DNA of 64,000 nucleotides from Oculina patagonica (Eukaryota): NCBI RefSeq assembly GCF_052425735.1, contig NC_135759.1, positions 40,238,001 to 40,302,000 of the forward strand, read 5' to 3'. Shown piece by piece: positions 27,041 to 39,030 of this stretch (position 1 is its first letter; each line of letters starts with the position of its first letter). The notes under the pieces were generated by a model. It saw only the letters and a program-made list of their open reading frames with translations, ran no database searches and was not told where the DNA came from. The position numbers and the translations under genes were made by a program.

Positions 27041-27473
27041 CCGTATTTACTCGAATAAGCGCCGCCCCCGAATAAGCACCGCCCTCGAATAAGCGCCGCA
27101 TTTGGGACAAAAAAGTTAATAAGCGCCGCCCCCGAATAAGCGCCGCAGTAACGATGAGGCACTTGTTCGAAGAATTCCGAAAAACTAAAAATAGCACTAC
27201 AAAGCAACTCTGAAACAGCCTCGGAAATTCCTTTCCATCAAAAGCAATGTTTTACAGTTCAAGTTATTATGTTTTTCCGTCGCCCATTATTTTTTTCTAA
27301 TCAAAAATAGCCTTCTTTTAGTTACTGTAGAAGTTTTGTCTAGGTGACATTGTTTGTGGAGTCCAAGTTTTAAATAAGCGCCGCCCTCAAATAAGCGCCG
27401 CCCTCGAATAAGCGCCGCACTTGAGGCGCGAAAAATTGAATAAGCGCCGCGGCGCTTATTCGAGTAAATACGG
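27041..27473. mobile_element. Tc1/mariner-type MITE
   Basis: TA-CCGTATTTACTCGAATAAGCGCCGC ... GCGGCGCTTATTCGAGTAAATACGG-TA (perfect TIR). Confidence 0.88.
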
Positions 27474-28980
27474 TATGGCGTATGAAAAGGCTCTTACACC
27501 TAAGGTAACCAGTATATAGTTTTTTTTTAACAAAACTTGACTATTTATTCTAGGTTTCAGTTCATTGTATTTTTGGATTTGAACTTTTCGAAGTCATGCT
27601 TATTAAAGTGCCATTTTAAGTTAATGAATTGTAAACAAGTTAACCGAGGCTGACGACCGACGTTAACGTAGTTCAAGTGGTGTGATTTCTAGTCGCGATG
27701 TAAAATTTGAAGAAGCAAAACTCTTACGTTTGTGGCCGAAATCGCAAAGAGAACGTAAATCAATAACAAGAAGGTAGAGTTAAGAGACCCGTTTATTGCA
27801 ATAAAAGGCACAAAAATAACAAACAAAAATAAATAAATAACAAATATTTTTTGCAAGGATTTTGTGTTTTCAGGTGTAGCTCTGAGCAAATATAATTAAA
27901 GCAGTCGTCTGCTGCTTAACATTTCAGTTATAGTGGCCTTTGTCGTTTTCTCGAAATTTAAAATGACATATTCAAGAGCAACTTGTCTTTGCTAACAACG
28001 TATTGTTGAAAATAAAGCGTGTTATGTTAATGTTTGATATAATTCAGCCTCTGCCATGAGCAGGATCTAGCCTATTTGGAATACAGCCGCCTTTCATCGC
28101 TCGATCATCGATCTTGGCTGTATTCGCAGGATACAGAATCTCATTCTACTCAGACATTATATGTAATAAATCTTTCGTCTTATTTCTTTTCCGGCTAAAC
28201 TTACTACTTGCATTAAAATACTTTAAAAAACTCATTAATAATTCATAAAGAAAATACAAAAGAAATTAATGTTTAATGAGTGCCTTTATATCTGATAAAG
28301 TCACGGCTAAACTTTACGTCCAATTTTCTAGGCCAAAATAACCCCAAATCTAAATATTAGTGCAAGAATGAGTTGATCTACATCAGAAGATTATTAAGCC
28401 GTTCAATAAATTCACGCAGTTCGTGTTTTCTCAAGTCTAAAACACTCGGCTGCGCCTCGTGTTTTAAACTTTATAAAACACTGCTGCTCATTTATTAAAC
28501 ATTACATAATGTCACAAACGGTTTAATACTACTGTTGCCACAACGGTCTAAGTACTGACTGAATATTTGTTGATTAGTTATGTCCAAGTGCGTAATTAGT
28601 GATGGCAATGACGTGGCCGTAGGCGAGAGGGGGAATGGTTGGTTTCTCACTGATAAAACTATCTTTAATGAGATGTTGGCTGGCATGGTTTAGAGCTAGA
28701 GGTCTTCGACTTTTTACAAGTCATTTTAGTCACTTCAACCATTTTAGTCAAGGGATGACGGGAGATTGTAGGGACAGATCTAGACTGACCAACTAACTAT
28801 CGAATTATTGATTGAAAATTTGTTGGGTAGCTACGTTCAAATGCGTGGTTAGTGATGACATTAAAGGTCGTGGGCTGACAGGAGTGGGGGGGGGGGGGGG
28901 TGCATTGGATCACTCGTACCGATTTGCATCAGACTTAATGTAATTAGTATTAACCCTGGCTTCCACATTTTCCCTTCCAC

Positions 28981-29727
28981 GGTGCCTGTTTACATGGAAG
29001 GCGGGTGCCCCGGCTAACCGAGTTACCCGGCTAACCGAGCTACCCTGGGCGAGCCAACTCTTCATACGTTTCTTAAGAAAACGTATTGAAGCCTTAACAT
29101 GCTAGAAGGGTAACCCGCCTTGCCGGGACACTCGGTCTACTTGCCCGGGGCACCCTTCTAGGCGGGATAGCTTTTTGCCATGTAAACGGTTATGCCCGAG
29201 CTATCCCGGCTTGCCGGGATAAGTTTTCGCGCGTGTTTTTAAACTAAATTTGAAGTTAATGGCATAAAATGTATAAATTCTGGACCCAAACAGTGCTATT
29301 TGACAAAATTAGTTTTATCAGTCGGCTGGAAATATTTCTTTGAGCAACAGCTAATTAATTCGAAATTTTCGTGGGAATGATTATCCTAATTCTCGACACA
29401 ACAAATTTAATTTCAATTTGGCGGCCAAATGCTGTTGAATTTCGATTGAATTTCGTCAAAAATGAACGCAGTAAGTTTCTGAGAACTTGCACATCAAATT
29501 AAAATAAGTTTGAAGACGAAAAGCCTTGATTATTCAGTAAAAAGTCATATTTTTCTTCAATCATTTGGAGCTACATTGTTTTCCCACGCCGTGACACGCT
29601 TCAATGACGCTGTCTCATCTTGGGTAGAAGGGCTGTGAATTCTGCATGTAAAGGCGGGCTAGGTTTTATCCCTTCTAGCCGGGAAACTCGGTTAGCCGGG
29701 GCACCCTCCCTCCATGTAAACAGGCCC
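28981..29727. mobile_element. PIF/Harbinger-type MITE
   Basis: GG.GCCTGTTTACATGGA...GGGTGCCCCGGCTAACCGAG TIR; TAA on the right flank; shares motifs with 2116-2673. Confidence 0.8.
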
Positions 29728-30553
29728 TAAACTGCATTATTCGTCCCGATTGAGGGAGCTACTGTTTGATATGATCTAGTAGTGGAGGTTTTCGATTGTT
29801 ACGATGCCTCCATCGAATCATTTCCGCCAATGAATGACGGGAAACTGTTGGGGTTTTATTCTTGCGTTTACCTGAAATGGACGAGGAACCTTCAGAGGCA
29901 AAAGCAATACTTCCAAGCCGAGTACCATTTATAGTACAGGACCAAAGGGCAAAGACACGCTGATTTGAGCAGTGTGCTAACAAACAGAACAGTATTCAGG
30001 AAGTTTTTAGTATTTTATTAAAGTAGGGTTGGTGTGGCACAGTATTTATTCACAACAGGACCACATATTGATCTTTACGCTAACAATAAAAAGATTACAT
30101 TTAACTATCCGTACGTACGTCAGTACATTTTCTGTTGTGTTTCTGAGTACTAGTTAGAATCACCAAATAGCTTGACATACCTACCAACCAGATGTTAAAC
30201 CCCGCCTGCCCTTAAATCCTTAAAAACTCTTTATATGAAAAGTAGCCCCGCTCAGTTCTCCCCCCATTCACATTAGATTTGTCTTAACGTGGATGAATAA
30301 ATAACTAAATAAATAACCCAAGATTACCAAACATAACATCAAAATTGCCTGTGAAAAATTTCATCAAAATTGTAAATATATTTGCTCAGTTGGCCGTAAA
30401 CAGTGTTTTAATTGGCCTCCCTTTATTGATACAACGCTTAATAAAAGGCGCACCAGCGGGTTTAATGAATTGGGTTGTTTTGATTCCAAAGGTGGCTTAA
30501 CTGTACCTAATATCTTTAGTTCCATCTTTTTGTTGTAAAAAACCCGAAGAATC

Positions 30554-33136
30554 ATGACGAAGAATTATCTTTTCTTCTTTTTCTTGGGTAAGTGAATCAG
30601 AGTTTTTATTTGAAATCAGAAATTTTTTGTTAGTTAGCGAGGCAACAAGCAGAATTCAGGAAATCAGTTTAATATGCGGTAATTAAAAAAGAAAGACGGT
30701 CCTCGAGCCGTCTTGTTTTTTTTTTTTCAACACAAGTTAAGCAGAAACATGTGAACTTAAAAAGGAAGAAAGTTGTGATTTTCTGCGTCCCTGCTTACAC
30801 AAAATCACTGAGGTATGATTGTTAAAATAACCACTGATACAGATTTATCTGAACGGAATTACCGAACGTACCGAGGGGCGAAGTAATCAACTTTCTTTAT
30901 GGGATGCAAGGTTTGGTTGATGAAAAAGCGAAAGCTCTGCATGCACGCGAGCAAATAAAATGCCGTTAATATCAGTCACATCTTTAAAATAAGGTACAAC
31001 TGACTGCTGTCGACAACTAAGTCAACGTCCGTATCTGCTGTACTTGTGAGGTGAAAAAGTAAGCTTTTATGTGGGTGGTGTTTAATGTTTTTCTCATTAG
31101 ATACAGTAATTGTAATTTATTGTAAAATACTTTATCACATATATAGCGAGAATTTTAAGCAATAAACCTTGCAAATAGAATTCTCTATTTGCTATATTTC
31201 ACATGTGAAAAAAGCGATACGTCCAATCAGCTTCGCGTATAGCTTTCTTCACATGTGAAAAATATAACCAATCAGCATTTAGAGTAGTACGACTCAACCA
31301 ATCACAGCGCGAGAATTCAAATGGTTTCCAACGAGGTTGAGAAAGCGAGCGGCAAGTTTGCTCCCGACGGCAGTTTATGTTTTGAAAACATGGCTACACG
31401 TTTTCTTCCTTTACAAAAGTTTGCCTTTTAAGAACTTTATGGAAATGCAAGCCAACAGAAACACGCTAAGCAAAACCTAAAGAATACAGTAGTGATAAAA
31501 AATCATTCTTCAAAGGCGAAGTGAAGACAGGCGAAGGCGAAGTGTCGATAAGTGAAAGCGAAGACAAGACTTTCATCGGAACTAACAACACATCCGCGGA
31601 CTTTCTAAGAATATTCAGGCACTTTTGGGATCGTCTTGGTTAAGTAAACTGCATTTTTAATCTTGATTCACGTGGTAATTATTGTTTAATTAACCGACTC
31701 GTTATGTTGCCACAATTTGTTCACAATTCGCCAGTTAAAGACTGTAATTCGCCAGTAGTTTATTCGCTTGTGGCGAAGTTTCCTCGATGCGATACGAAGT
31801 TTTCAACGTAAATGTAACGTAGTGTGTTTGTTTAAATAAAGTTTTTGTCTAGGAGAGTTTGTCGCCAGTAATTTTTTTTTACATGTATATTATTGAAATA
31901 GCGAATTCGCTTGTAAAGTAGCCTACGTGTAGCCGTACCCACCCCCCCGAGGAAAAGCGGGAGGGAAGGAACGACGTTCCTTCCCTCCCGCTTTTCCTCG
32001 GGGGGGGGGGGGGTGGGTACGGCTACACGTAGGCTACTTGTAAAGCTATGTGCATTTGCAGCTTTGTTTTCTCGCGCTGTTAACTGCAGCTGTTGTATGT
32101 CAAAAGTTTTAAACTGAAAAAATCGGCTTTAAGTGTTCAATGGTTGAATTCTTGTTATATATATAATAAACACATTACAGCATAGAAAGTGCTTTGTACG
32201 GATTTATATTCACTCGTTGCAAAACTTTGGAAAACTCACTCGTTCGCTACGCTCACTCGTTCGTTTTCCCAAAGTTTTGCAACTCGTGAATATAAATCCG
32301 TACGGCGCACTTTCTATGAAGTAATCTATATGTATTGGCATTCTCGTTTTTATGGTACAAATATATATGAGAAATACTATAAAAAAACTTCTGAATTATG
32401 TTTTACAGCATTGGTATGCAAAGGCTCCGCGCGACCTCTCAAAGATGAGGGTTCGGCCATATCGGCGGATGAAGGCTCCAGTATCGAGCATGATGAAGGC
32501 TCCAGTATCGAGCATGATGAAGGCTCCAGTATCGAGCACGATGAAGGCTCCAGTATCGAGCATGACGAAGGCTCCAGTATCGAGCATGATAAAGGCACCA
32601 GTATCGAGCACGCTGAAGGCCCCAGTATCGAGCATGATGAAGGCTCCAGTATCGAGCATGATGAAGGCTCCAGTATCGAGCACGATGAAGGCCCCAGTAT
32701 CGAGCATGATGAAGGCTCCAGTATCGAGCATGATGAAGGCTCCAGTATCGAGCACGATGAAGGCTCCAGTATCGAGCATAATGAAGGCTCCAGTATCGAG
32801 CATGATGAAGGCTCCAGTATCGAGCACGACGAAGGCCCCAGTATCGAGCATGATGAAGGCTCCAGTATCGAGCATGATGAAGGCTCCAGTATCGAGCATG
32901 ACGAAGGCTCCAGTATCGAGCATGATGAAGGCTCCAGTATCGAGCATGATGAAGGTTCCAGTATCGAGCATGATGAAGGCTCCAGTATCGAGCATGATGA
33001 AGGCTCCAGTATCGAGCATGATGAAGGCTCCAGTATCGAGCATGATGAAGGCTCCAGCATCGAGCATGATGAAGGCTCTCTCGCCGACGCCGAAGGCTCC
33101 GCTGTCGAACACAAGAGATCCAGCCTGTTTTACTGA
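30554..33136 (+). CDS. Putative secreted acidic His/Ser-rich tandem-repeat protein, (DEGSSIEH)x25, 253 aa; exons 30554-30587 and 32409-33136
   Basis: ATG with A at -3. Exon 1 MTKNYLFFFFL ends G|GTAAGT and acceptor ttatgttttacag| at 32408 joins in phase 1, giving signal peptide MTKNYLFFFFLALVCKGSA/RPLKDEGSA..., then 25 octapeptides, ending EHKRSSLFY*. AATAAA at 33266. Confidence 0.75.
31132..32328. mobile_element. Unclassified non-autonomous element with terminal hairpin (Crypton/Helentron-like) in the intron of the DEGSSIEH gene
   Basis: Short inverted repeat at about 31132 / 32146-32171 plus a ~150-bp terminal hairpin at 32176-32324; related element inverted at 41600-43031. Confidence 0.5.
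31919..32036. mobile_element. 118-bp palindromic TAG...CTA MITE with 9-bp TSD (AcademH-like)
   Basis: Near-perfect hairpin; TSD CTTGTAAAG on both sides. Confidence 0.85.
32468..33067 (+). repeat. 24-bp tandem repeat x25 (GATGAAGGCTCCAGTATCGAGCAT), coding for DEGSSIEH
   Basis: Exactly 600 bp = 25 units with no indels; degenerate in-phase units on both flanks. Confidence 0.97.
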
Positions 33137-33770
33137 AGAATTCTCCGTCTATTGCTAACGAGGGCTGCCTGATTCATTTTAAGAAATATTATATTATGCA
33201 GATGTCATGTCAGAGAACTTTTTAACTACTTGGATGTGGATGTAATTGCGAGAGGGAAATAATGTAATAAACAATGAAAAACATGTTTCTGCTTTTCTCA
33301 TTTCTTAACAAAGTTTAATTTTCATAAACTTATCTAAATTAAAAAACGAGGTTTCACGGTAAAAAAGGTTCATGATCACTCGCGGGTGGGAGGAAGGGAG
33401 ATAATTTTAAAAGACCATAAGGGGAGGCTCTGCCCTGAGTCGACCTGACAGTCAAACCCTTACCTTTTTATATCATTTTTGAAGGAAAAGGTAACAATTT
33501 CGTATACCTTCGTCAAAAATGGTATCTCTTTTAGATACGAAAAGAGATGATTCATCTCTTTTCTCAACTGTTTACTTGAATAACCGCTTAAAATACTATA
33601 ATAAATCTACCGTCCAGTGGGTCTCTTCGAAATATTTTGAAAGGCCCGGCCCTTTTAAATACCTAAATGGCAGTTTTCCCTACCCTTCCCTCCAAATCGT
33701 GAATTACCTACCATTTTATATGCTTCCAGCCAGACAAAGGCAACCCTTTCGGGCGGAGCCTACCCGTATA

Positions 33771-34109
33771 CCGTAAAATTCCGGTTATAAGCCCTGGGTT
33801 TATACAACTTCGTAAGGGGTTTGGAGTGGGCTTATAAGCGGAGAGGCTTATATCCGGGAGGGCTTACAAGCGGAATAAAAAAAACGTTTCGAAACGAGCC
33901 ACAGGAGTATTGATCGAAATACGTTTTTAAGTTAAAAACGCATAACAAAGCAACATTTACCCCTGTTCAGTACTGTCATCCGGCAGAGGGGCTTATATCC
34001 GGGGGGGGGGGGCTTATAATCGGCTGTATTTTTTTTGTTTCCAGGTAGATGGGCCTATACCTGGAGGGGCTTATAAGTGGGAGGGGGGCTTATAACCGGA
34101 ACTTTACGG
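33771..34109. mobile_element. Tc1/mariner-type MITE, same family as 3138-3486
   Basis: TA-CCGTAAAATTCCGGTTATAAGCCC ... GGGCTTATAACCGGAACTTTACGG-TA. Confidence 0.85.
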
Positions 34110-34725
34110 TAGTTAACTATAGGAAGCACACCCCACCCCCGGACATTCGTTGCATTCAGTCATGATTCAAACGTCGCACAAGTTTACCGGCGCAGCTATA
34201 TGTAGAAGTCGTATATTTAATTTGCAAGCAACGATTTATTGTGCCGCGCTTTAATTCATTAGAGTGAATTGTCACAATCGCAAAAAATACCGCAAAATTG
34301 CACTCAATCTTCTCAACTAAATTCACCAGTGTATTTGGTTCAGCTAGGAGAGTCGGGGTAAGCAACAAGCTAGCTTGCCGACGGAGTGGAAATTTCGGAG
34401 TAGGAACCTTTCTTTGTACTAAAGAATGTTCTAAGCGAACAATCATCTTGATTTTTTGGTCTACATGTTAATTGGCCCTTGTGGCCTCGTTTTAAGCTAA
34501 AGATTCTTTTAAATTCTGCAGATGTGATCGAGGCCATGCATAAGGGCTAATTAACATGAAGACAAAAGAATAATGTATTTTCCGCCATTTTGGAAAAAGG
34601 TGTATGTAGTCGCGAAATACACAACTAAAACAGACGAAGACCAGCGTTTGGTTAGATTTTATTTTTAACTATTTAAGAATCACAGACCTCAATATAAGGA
34701 GACATAGTCGCCAGTCACTTCCCAC

Positions 34726-34773
<48 letters not shown>

Positions 34774-34871
34774 GATCATCTTCATCATCATCATCATTAT
34801 TACTGTTTTAGAATCTTACCTATTTTAATTTACAACTTCACGCATGAAAAAAGACAAAACGATTTTCTTCC

Positions 34872-37800
34872 TCAAATGGACGAAATCAAAACCAACCCAA
34901 CAGCAAGGGTCATCACAAGTCCGGCAAGACTGGTGAAAACAACTCCGCTGGCTGACAATGTTGGCTGTGGGAAACCTTTTGCAGTAACATAGTCATAGTT
35001 ACACTTGTCTGACTGACAGCTGGCCATCTTGGAGCAAACTGCGTTATTAAAGTCCTTGCAGGGATCATCGTTACAGTCTTCATATAAGCAGCAGCCTGTG
35101 AAACCAATTAAAGGAAAGTATAAGACAATGACAAATGTTTGACATTGCAGCGCATGGAAAGGGATGCTCGAAAAAATAATATCTAACTCCTGACGCCAGA
35201 ATAAAAATGTATGCTCATTGGTCTAAATTTTTTAAATTAAAGTCAATGAAAAGTAGCAATTATTGGTGAATCATGTCACGAGAAGTTTGAAGAGGAAGGA
35301 GACAGCGGTCCAATGGCTCTACGCGCAAGACAAGACTGGGGCTACCTGGCTGAGTAGAAAGCTCACCATCTGTGAAACTTGTGTCTATCGTAATTCGCAC
35401 AATTTTACTGGCGACCTCAAACACTTCTAGTGTCTAGACTCCATTAACATAAAGCCGTCTACAGGTGCAATACTAAAGGGTGCGCTACATATATACAAAA
35501 CACTCACTTTTGTGCTGAAAACTAATGATGACATCTTAAAATCTCTGAAATCTCAAATTCAATATAAGGGATGAAAATATTTTTTTCGAGATGCAAACTA
35601 TCTTTTTCTACATATCGTGTTTGCAAGCCATTTATTTTTCTTTTTAAGGCCCATGGAATCATTCTTTTTTTTCAATTCCTGCAGGGGCGTGCCTAGGATT
35701 TTTTGTCTGCGGGGGCAAAGTCAGCTAAACTCCACTGCGGGGGCAAACTCCAATATAGCTACAAGAAATAGCCCAGCAAAATCAAACACTATGATTGAAA
35801 TTTAGTTTTCTTAGCGCGGACAACTGCCCCCTCTGCCCTTCCCGCTAGGTACGGCTCTGTCCTGATCATATCGTTGCGTATTTTGCGAGATTCTTTACAT
35901 ACTTTTAATCTCTATGACTCTACCCATAGTCGTGTAGTTGACTGTGTACACTTGACAGCCATATACAGCATCTGGCATGTCAGAACTTTCACACGTCACC
36001 GTCGCATTCGGCGCGCGGGTGCAGCTGGTCGACGCTCCACCACAACGATAACAAGTGAGCGACCAGGCTAAAAGAACAAAGAATTAAGGTAATTTATATT
36101 ACAAAATAACTCATCAGTTATTGAGTAAGCCTGCGTTGCAGACGTACTAAACCCTGGTTTAGTCGAGGATTTTGTGACACGTCCGGCTGCAACGCAGGCT
36201 ATTACTGAGTGTGAAAACATGAAATAGAGTCCATAATATAAGGTGATATAACTCGACTCAATAATATGCAATAATCGGAATGGAAACATTTTTAGAGAAA
36301 GGTCGAGAAATGTAAATTGAAATACAGTCACTGAACCTCTTTAATACCAACATCAGAGGGACGGAGAAGAGCGTCCGTATTATAGAGGTGTCTGTATGAC
36401 AGGGGTTCCCGTAAGGCCCCGGGGGAGTACTGCCATATATGGGCTATATAGGTTTGTGCCGCTAGGGTATGGTTTTTGAGGTGCTCAGTCCTTAAATAGG
36501 GTATCATTTTTGCTCCTTTTGGCATTGTGTTCCCCGTTTGATCATTAGGTAGGGTATCTAAATCTATCAGTTTATAAAACAAACGCCCAGCTAAACGAAA
36601 AATAAAAAGGGATCTTGAAACTGAACTAACCGTTTAAGTATCAGTAAAGCGATTTTATAAAGATTTGTGTGTTTGCCATGCATGCGTGGTTGGCCGTTAT
36701 TTAGTCGTCACAGAACGCTTCTCCTCCCCTCGAATAGGGTGCCATTTTTCGGTTTTGGTCCTTAAAAAGTGTAACAATTTTCGCTTTCTTTTTCCTTAGA
36801 AATAGGATCAGGGTTTAAGAACCTTCGCGGCACACCCCTATCCGAAATTTATGGGAGTGCCCCCCCCCGGGCCGTAAGGAGAGGTTCGACTGTACAATAA
36901 AACATTTAAAACTTGAGTTTTAGTGAAGACAGAAAGAAGATCAGCAGTTCTAGACTTGAAGGGTCTGCTGAAGACCACCACGATTTCTATGTCTTATTAA
37001 CTTAATGTAATCTTTTTTTTTGGTAAACTTGTTCTACAATACTAGTGTTCGTTGTTGAGACAGTTGAACACGATTAAATACGAAGACACATGAAAATGCT
37101 TGTAAAACAATAGCAAAAGGCGTATAATATTGGTCAGTCTTCCATACAACATGCCCAACAACTTTCAGCGGGTTTTTGGCGTTTTTGGTGAAGGAATCTG
37201 AATTCCTCTAGGTTAGAGGTAGGCGCAAGAAAAGGTTTAATTTAAAAAACCTTGATTTAATGATACCTGCATGCATGCACAACTAGCTTGTTTCTCACTG
37301 CTGCTTATCTCGCAAGGCTACTAAATTTAAATTTGTTGTCTTCACTGGATAATTCCTATTTAATATATTGAGGGTACTGTTTGTAAAGCTAAGGAAAACC
37401 TCAAAGAAGCAAACAATGAAACGATTGAATTTAGGTTGGAAGGTCTACATTCGTGCACAATCTTTAGTTTTGCGCTCATACGCTAAGCATGAATTACGTA
37501 TCCGAAACGTTTCTATTGGTTACTAGTTGACCAGACAGAAGTAATGCCTATTGTGTTTTATGCACGTTCAAGGCCAAAAAAGGAACAAAAACATATAACA
37601 GAGGGCTTTGTCAAACTTCATAACTATTTATGGTTAATCCGAATTATTTTTCGGGCAAACGATATTTGTATTTTCTCGTGAAATTTCGGCTAACCATGTT
37701 TTTAAGTCTAATTTTCGTAAAATATACCGTTTTTGATCATCAGATAATATGCTTTGTAAAGCAATTAATTGAAGAAGCATTTCGTTAACATACGATCGAT

Positions 37801-38849
37801 AAATGCATATTTATCTTGAGAATATGGCAAGAACGAAGCTCTTCAAAAAACATTTAAACTTAGGTTGTAAAACATTTCAACCAAAAAATTAAAACAAATG
37901 ACAATAAATCAATAAATATTATTAAAAAAGACACAAACTAAAAATATTAATGTAAAATGAGATATGGAAATTTTGCTATTCATTTAAGAAGCTAAAGTGT
38001 CACTTAATGCTTCCTAAATGATAAATACAGCAAAAGCTGCATTTATTCAGCTGGCATTTAAAATTACTAAGGAGTCTTCAACATTGGTAATGTAAAATAA
38101 ACGTCTTTTTATGGCGACAAGAATTAGTTACAGCCGAAACTGACACGTACGTATAGTCATGATTAAAATGAATGTCTTATATGGGGGTATTTCAGCTTTT
38201 CAGGCAAACTAACAAAAAATATAATGAACCGCTTGGGCCTTCCCTTACAGTAACAAACATTTAAATTTATTTCTTTAATTATCGAATTTTGAAAAAAAGT
38301 AGAAATTGCTTTTTTAGGCTCAAATCGTCTAACAATAAAGCGTCAGCCAAGCATTGGACGTTCTTATAAAGATCAGTTTACAGCGCCGTTACGCAAACGT
38401 AGTACACGTGTTGCCTTTCTGAGTTGCGTTACGGTTGATTTGGACCGTGAATTCAACAAAGAACTACATCTAGCTCGATTGGTTGTAGCGATATAACTCC
38501 AAACTAAGAGCACAAAAAAACCTCACAATGATTAAACAATCAGCGCTTTATCGAGCACGCGAACGTTGTGCGAGCTTATTATGTCGAGGACGTGCTAGCG
38601 TAGCCTCCGACGCAGTCGTTCTTAGTGCGAGCGTACAAGACAGGATTTGCTTTCTCTTTTCGGTTTCTTTCCGCTTAAGATTAAGGGGCAAATTATTTAA
38701 TTTCCTAAATGCACCTTACATATATTTGCCAAAAAGCAATATTTGATGTCCATCATTGTACTAAAAGCTACTAAGCATGACACGGATCGATTTAACTTAC
38801 CTTCTACAACGAAAGAAACGGCAATCAATGCTGCTAACAGAACCTTCAT
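34872..38849 (-). CDS. LU gene 3: Ly6/uPAR domain GPI-type protein, 145 aa; exons 38849-38801, 36067-35903, 35095-34872
   Basis: MKVLLAALIAVSFVVE|AWSLTCYRCGGASTSC...VTC...YGCQVYTVNYTTMGRVIEIK|SCCLYEDCNDDPCKDFNNAVCSKMASCQSDKCN...SASGVVFTSLAGLVMTLAVGLVLISSI*. Both introns are GT-AG phase 1, and the structure is identical in paralog gene 4. Confidence 0.92.
36127..36201. mobile_element. AGCCTGCG...CGCAGGCTA mini-MITE with 9-bp TSD
   Basis: TSD TTATTGAGT / TTACTGAGT; absent at the homologous site in gene 4 (about 44225). Confidence 0.75.
36325..36892. mobile_element. pogo-type MITE containing a nested CCCGGG-ended element (36417-36871)
   Basis: TA-CAGTC ... GACTG-TA; inner element flanked by CCGTAAGG direct repeats; empty site in gene 4 intron at about 44300. 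Confidence 0.75.
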
Positions 38850-38904
38850 TTTAAAATATATCCTATCGTCGATCTTCAGATCTCTAAGCAGTTGACTTCG
38901 AGGA

Positions 38905-39030
38905 GACAGTTTATACAAACAGCTCTGCAAACAACTAAGGTGTACTTCGATACCGTTTGGCCGGATAAGGTGTTTATGATTGGTCAGAAGCGATGATTTC
39001 ATCCAACGTCATCATAATTATATTCCAACA
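38905..39030 (-). promoter_or_regulatory. Putative promoter of LU gene 3 (TATAAA, CCAAT, CRE/ATF-like TGATGACGT), conserved in gene 4 at about 46735-46870
   Basis: Minus-strand TATAAA about 60 nt before the ATG (CATAAA in gene 4). The block TATAATTATGATGACGT is identical upstream of both paralogs. Confidence 0.45.

Noticed and set aside
25200-27207. ORFs with LLQFTT / YYNLRQ / ITIYD repeats
   Set aside because: They are products of minisatellite TIRs and a MITE.
32468-33067. CRISPR array
   Set aside because: The 24-bp units are directly adjacent with no unique spacers, there are no cas genes, and the context is eukaryotic.
32468-33067. Synonymous CAT/CAC and GAT/GAC variation as proof of coding selection
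   Set aside because: These changes sit in CpG context and are also synonymous in an antisense frame, so they are not decisive.
32352-33158. Alternative repeat ORFs (MKAPVSSM)n, (LEPSSCSI)n, (MLDTGAFI)n
   Set aside because: They are open only because the unit lacks stops in those frames. Only the DEGSSIEH frame is joined by a canonical splice to a signal-peptide exon.
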